The notes beneath the pieces were generated by a model. That model saw only the letters and a list, made by a program, of their open reading frames with translations, did no database searches and had not been told where the DNA came from. From positions 2,627 to 66,626 of the forward strand of contig CASFQR010000007.1 in assembly GCA_949297275.1 (NCBI GenBank): DNA of 64,000 nucleotides, read 5' to 3'. The translations under genes were made by a program, and so were the position numbers. Shown in pieces: positions 61,748 to 64,000 of this stretch. The stretch comes from an uncultured bacterium (GTDB taxonomy: Bacteria > Bacillota_I > Bacilli_A > RFN20 > CAG-826). Within the stretch, counting starts at the first letter, position 1. Every line of letters starts with the position of its first letter.

Positions 61748-63128
61748 CTAAAATTTCTTCAACATTAATCGTGGATGAACCTAGACGAGAATAAATACAT
61801 GTAATATTTTTTTCAACATATTGAGGTGCATCAACTTCACTTTCAATTAATTGACTTGCATCAATGGTAATGGTCATCATAGGAGCGATTAGCGAATTAG
61901 TAATAATACTTAAATTATTAATTTCCATGGATGTTACATCTTCTTGCACATCATTAAAGAGAATATTAATAAAGGCTTGATAATAAGCATTTGTGTTAAT
62001 ATCAGCATCAGATTTTAAGGAATAAACATCTGTTAAGATACGTTCAAAATCTAAAAACGTTTGGTATTCTTCATCGCTGATTTTGCTTGCAAGTAAAAAA
62101 GTATCTTCCACCATATAATAAGGTTGAATTGTGGTGCTTTCTATTGAATTTCCCCACAAATCCCCAATATTTCTTTGATAAGTGAGATAACCTAAATGAT
62201 TAGAATTATTCACCAGCAAAACTTCATTATTTTGATTTATTTTATGTAAGGCGTCTTCGGTGGCAATAACGCTATTTTGATAAGAGGTTTCACTAATAAT
62301 TTCATCATTAGGAATAACTGTACCATCATCATTTATTGTAACGCTATATCGCGTCTCATTGATTTGAGCACTTAAGGTGTAATTCGGTCCAAATAATGAA
62401 TTACCAAAATGTGAACTAATAAAATTATTTAAAGCAAAGTCGCTAGTGGGTATTTCTCCACTAAGAAGATAATTTTCTAAAGCTTCAATAGTGGTCATAT
62501 TAATATCATAAATATCATAAATAATCGTTCGTGAGGTATCGTTCCATGAAGAAATTGTCATCACTCCTTCATCATTAATTCCTAAAGTTAGATGAGTTAA
62601 ATTTTCTGATTGAGCGTTCACTAACGGACCAAAGATATTACCTAATTCCCCATCGTTAGGAATAATCAATTCGTTATTGTCAGCATCATAAAGATATTCA
62701 TCAACATTAAGGTGACTTAAATCGATAAAAGTAGGCGATGATTCACTAGTTAATGTAGTGACATTTAATGAAGCAGTATCACTTACATCATTCATCGTAA
62801 ATTCATGCCATAAATTATCACTTAATAAAAGTAAACCGCTAGTAAAAGTAAAGTCACTAATGGAAAAAGAGGTTGCCTGATAATTTTCATTTTGGTAAAT
62901 GGTTACTAAGCCATTTGAGGCGGTAAAATTAATCGAGGCATCAGTTAATAAAACTTTTAAATCTCTTCTAAGTATCTCTTCGGATGTTAATTCCACAATC
63001 GATGTTGATTCGCTACTAGGAGAGGAATCTATAGAGGAAGGTAAAATTACTGTTGTTCGTGTCTCTTCACAAGACATCATTAGAACACCGATAACCGCTA
63101 ATAAGATAAATCCTTTTTTATTCATCAA
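61740..63128 (-). CDS. Acidic lipoprotein, hypothetical
   Basis: MMSC lipobox and Ser/Thr linker. Confidence 0.7.
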   Translation of the reverse strand: MMNKKGFILLAVIGVLMMSCEETRTTVILPSSIDSSPSSESTSIVELTSEEILRRDLKVLLTDASINFTASNGLVTIYQNENYQATSFSISDFTFTSGLLLLSDNLWHEFTMNDVSDTASLNVTTLTSESSPTFIDLSHLNVDEYLYDADNNELIIPNDGELGNIFGPLVNAQSENLTHLTLGINDEGVMTISSWNDTSRTIIYDIYDINMTTIEALENYLLSGEIPTSDFALNNFISSHFGNSLFGPNYTLSAQINETRYSVTINDDGTVIPNDEIISETSYQNSVIATEDALHKINQNNEVLLVNNSNHLGYLTYQRNIGDLWGNSIESTTIQPYYMVEDTFLLASKISDEEYQTFLDFERILTDVYSLKSDADINTNAYYQAFINILFNDVQEDVTSMEINNLSIITNSLIAPMMTITIDASQLIESEVDAPQYVEKNITCIYSRLGSSTINVEEILVN

Positions 63129-63143
63129 TTATTATTATAACAA

Positions 63144-64000
63144 CTAATCGAGCAAATTACATTTTTCCAAAATTAAGTGAACGATTTTAAGAACATCTTC
63201 GCGATATTTAATTGTTTTAGTTAATAAATCGCGATAATAACGATAATTAGGGAAATTTCGGATAAATTTAGGTCCACTGCCCCGGAGATATCGAATGGCT
63301 TTTTCTTCGCCTTTTTCAGCAATTAATAAATCCATAAAAGTGACTAAATAATTCATCTGCAATTTTATATCATTACCATAATTTATCTTTTCACCACTAG
63401 TGAAATATTTTTCAATTGCTGTAATTAATTCAGGATTACCTAATCCGCCACGCGCAACCATAATTCCGCTTGCATGGGTAATTTCAGATGCTTTAATGGC
63501 GTCTTCTAAAGTAAAGATATCGCCACTAATTATTAATGGTACCGACATTTTATCTTGTAAATTAGTTAATAAATCGTAATGGCATTTACCTGTATATAAC
63601 TCTTTAGCGGTTCTAGCGTGCAATGCAATTGCTTTAACTCCCGCTTCTTCCAATATACGAATGGTCTCAAGAAAATTAATTGAATTATTATCATAACCTA
63701 AGCGTATTTTAGCGGTAACTGGTCGTTTAGATTTAAGCACAATCGCTTCAATTGTCTCTTTTGAGCGTTTTAAATCTTTTAAATAAGCGGAGCCAGATCC
63801 CGAATTAATTATCTTTTTGACTGGGCAAGCAAAATTAATATCTAAAATATCGTATTTAAGATCTAATTCATCTAAAACATCAATAGCCTTTAAAAGCGTT
63901 TCTTTGGAATTTCCAAATAACTGAATAGCTAAAGGTGCATCGTCTTTATTAATCGTTAACATTTCCAAGGTATTAGGGTTTTTTAAAATTAGACCACAAT
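63144..64000 (-). CDS. dus: tRNA-dihydrouridine synthase (5' end outside the window)
   Basis: IQLFG, DINFACP catalytic Cys, TAKIRLG, LHART, SGDI, MVARG. The frame stays open to the window edge (CGLILKNPNTLEML). Confidence 0.92.
   Translation of the reverse strand, partial: CGLILKNPNTLEMLTINKDDAPLAIQLFGNSKETLLKAIDVLDELDLKYDILDINFACPVKKIINSGSGSAYLKDLKRSKETIEAIVLKSKRPVTAKIRLGYDNNSINFLETIRILEEAGVKAIALHARTAKELYTGKCHYDLLTNLQDKMSVPLIISGDIFTLEDAIKASEITHASGIMVARGGLGNPELITAIEKYFTSGEKINYGNDIKLQMNYLVTFMDLLIAEKGEEKAIRYLRGSGPKFIRNFPNYRYYRDLLTKTIKYREDVLKIVHLILEKCNLLD

Noticed and set aside
3826..63147. Many short (60-116 aa) ORFs in the track that are antisense to or nested in long genes
   Set aside because: They overlap confidently identified genes and show no motifs; treated as shadow ORFs.
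1..64000. CRISPR array, rRNA, intact integrase/transposase, reverse transcriptase
   Set aside because: No regularly spaced repeat-spacer pattern or matching motifs were seen. The short repeats found are contiguous tandem units.

Overview
AT-rich chromosomal segment (standard code 11; nearly all genes on the - strand) of a reduced, anaerobic Bacilli/Mollicutes-related bacterium (inferred from Firmicutes-type housekeeping genes, PFOR and about 10 lipoproteins). Core genes: rapZ (partial), ppaX-like HAD, lgt, uvrA, tRNA-Pro(GGG), nifJ, tRNA-Lys(CTT), rpsL-rpsG-fusA-tuf, tmRNA, rpsF-ssb-rpsR, gdpP-rplI-dnaB, lysS, dus (partial). Best system candidate: a six-gene operon (13.5-21.8 kb) joining a CUT1-type ABC importer, whose ATPase has a ~175-aa coiled-coil insert, with an SNase+2xOB-fold lipoprotein nuclease and a non-catalytic 2xOB-fold lipoprotein. 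It looks like a surface machine that captures, digests and imports nucleic acid, resembling the Mycoplasma MG185-189 locus. Other highlights: decayed islands at the 3' ends of tRNA-Lys and tmRNA hold four '12-bp tandem repeat + winged-HTH' modules, three of them stacked head-to-tail; the tmRNA has a strongly non-canonical T-loop; a Rex-like protein without its NAD domain sits upstream of a palindrome-covered nifJ promoter; and there are an M6-metalloprotease/lipoprotein cluster, tandem RDD paralogs, an ATP-grasp/UDP-glucose dehydrogenase/ABC exporter operon, a Zn-ribbon membrane protein + twin-patatin operon and a dispersed ~23-bp motif. No CRISPR array, rRNA, intact integrase or transposase was seen. 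All family calls come from motif recognition by eye, not from database searches.
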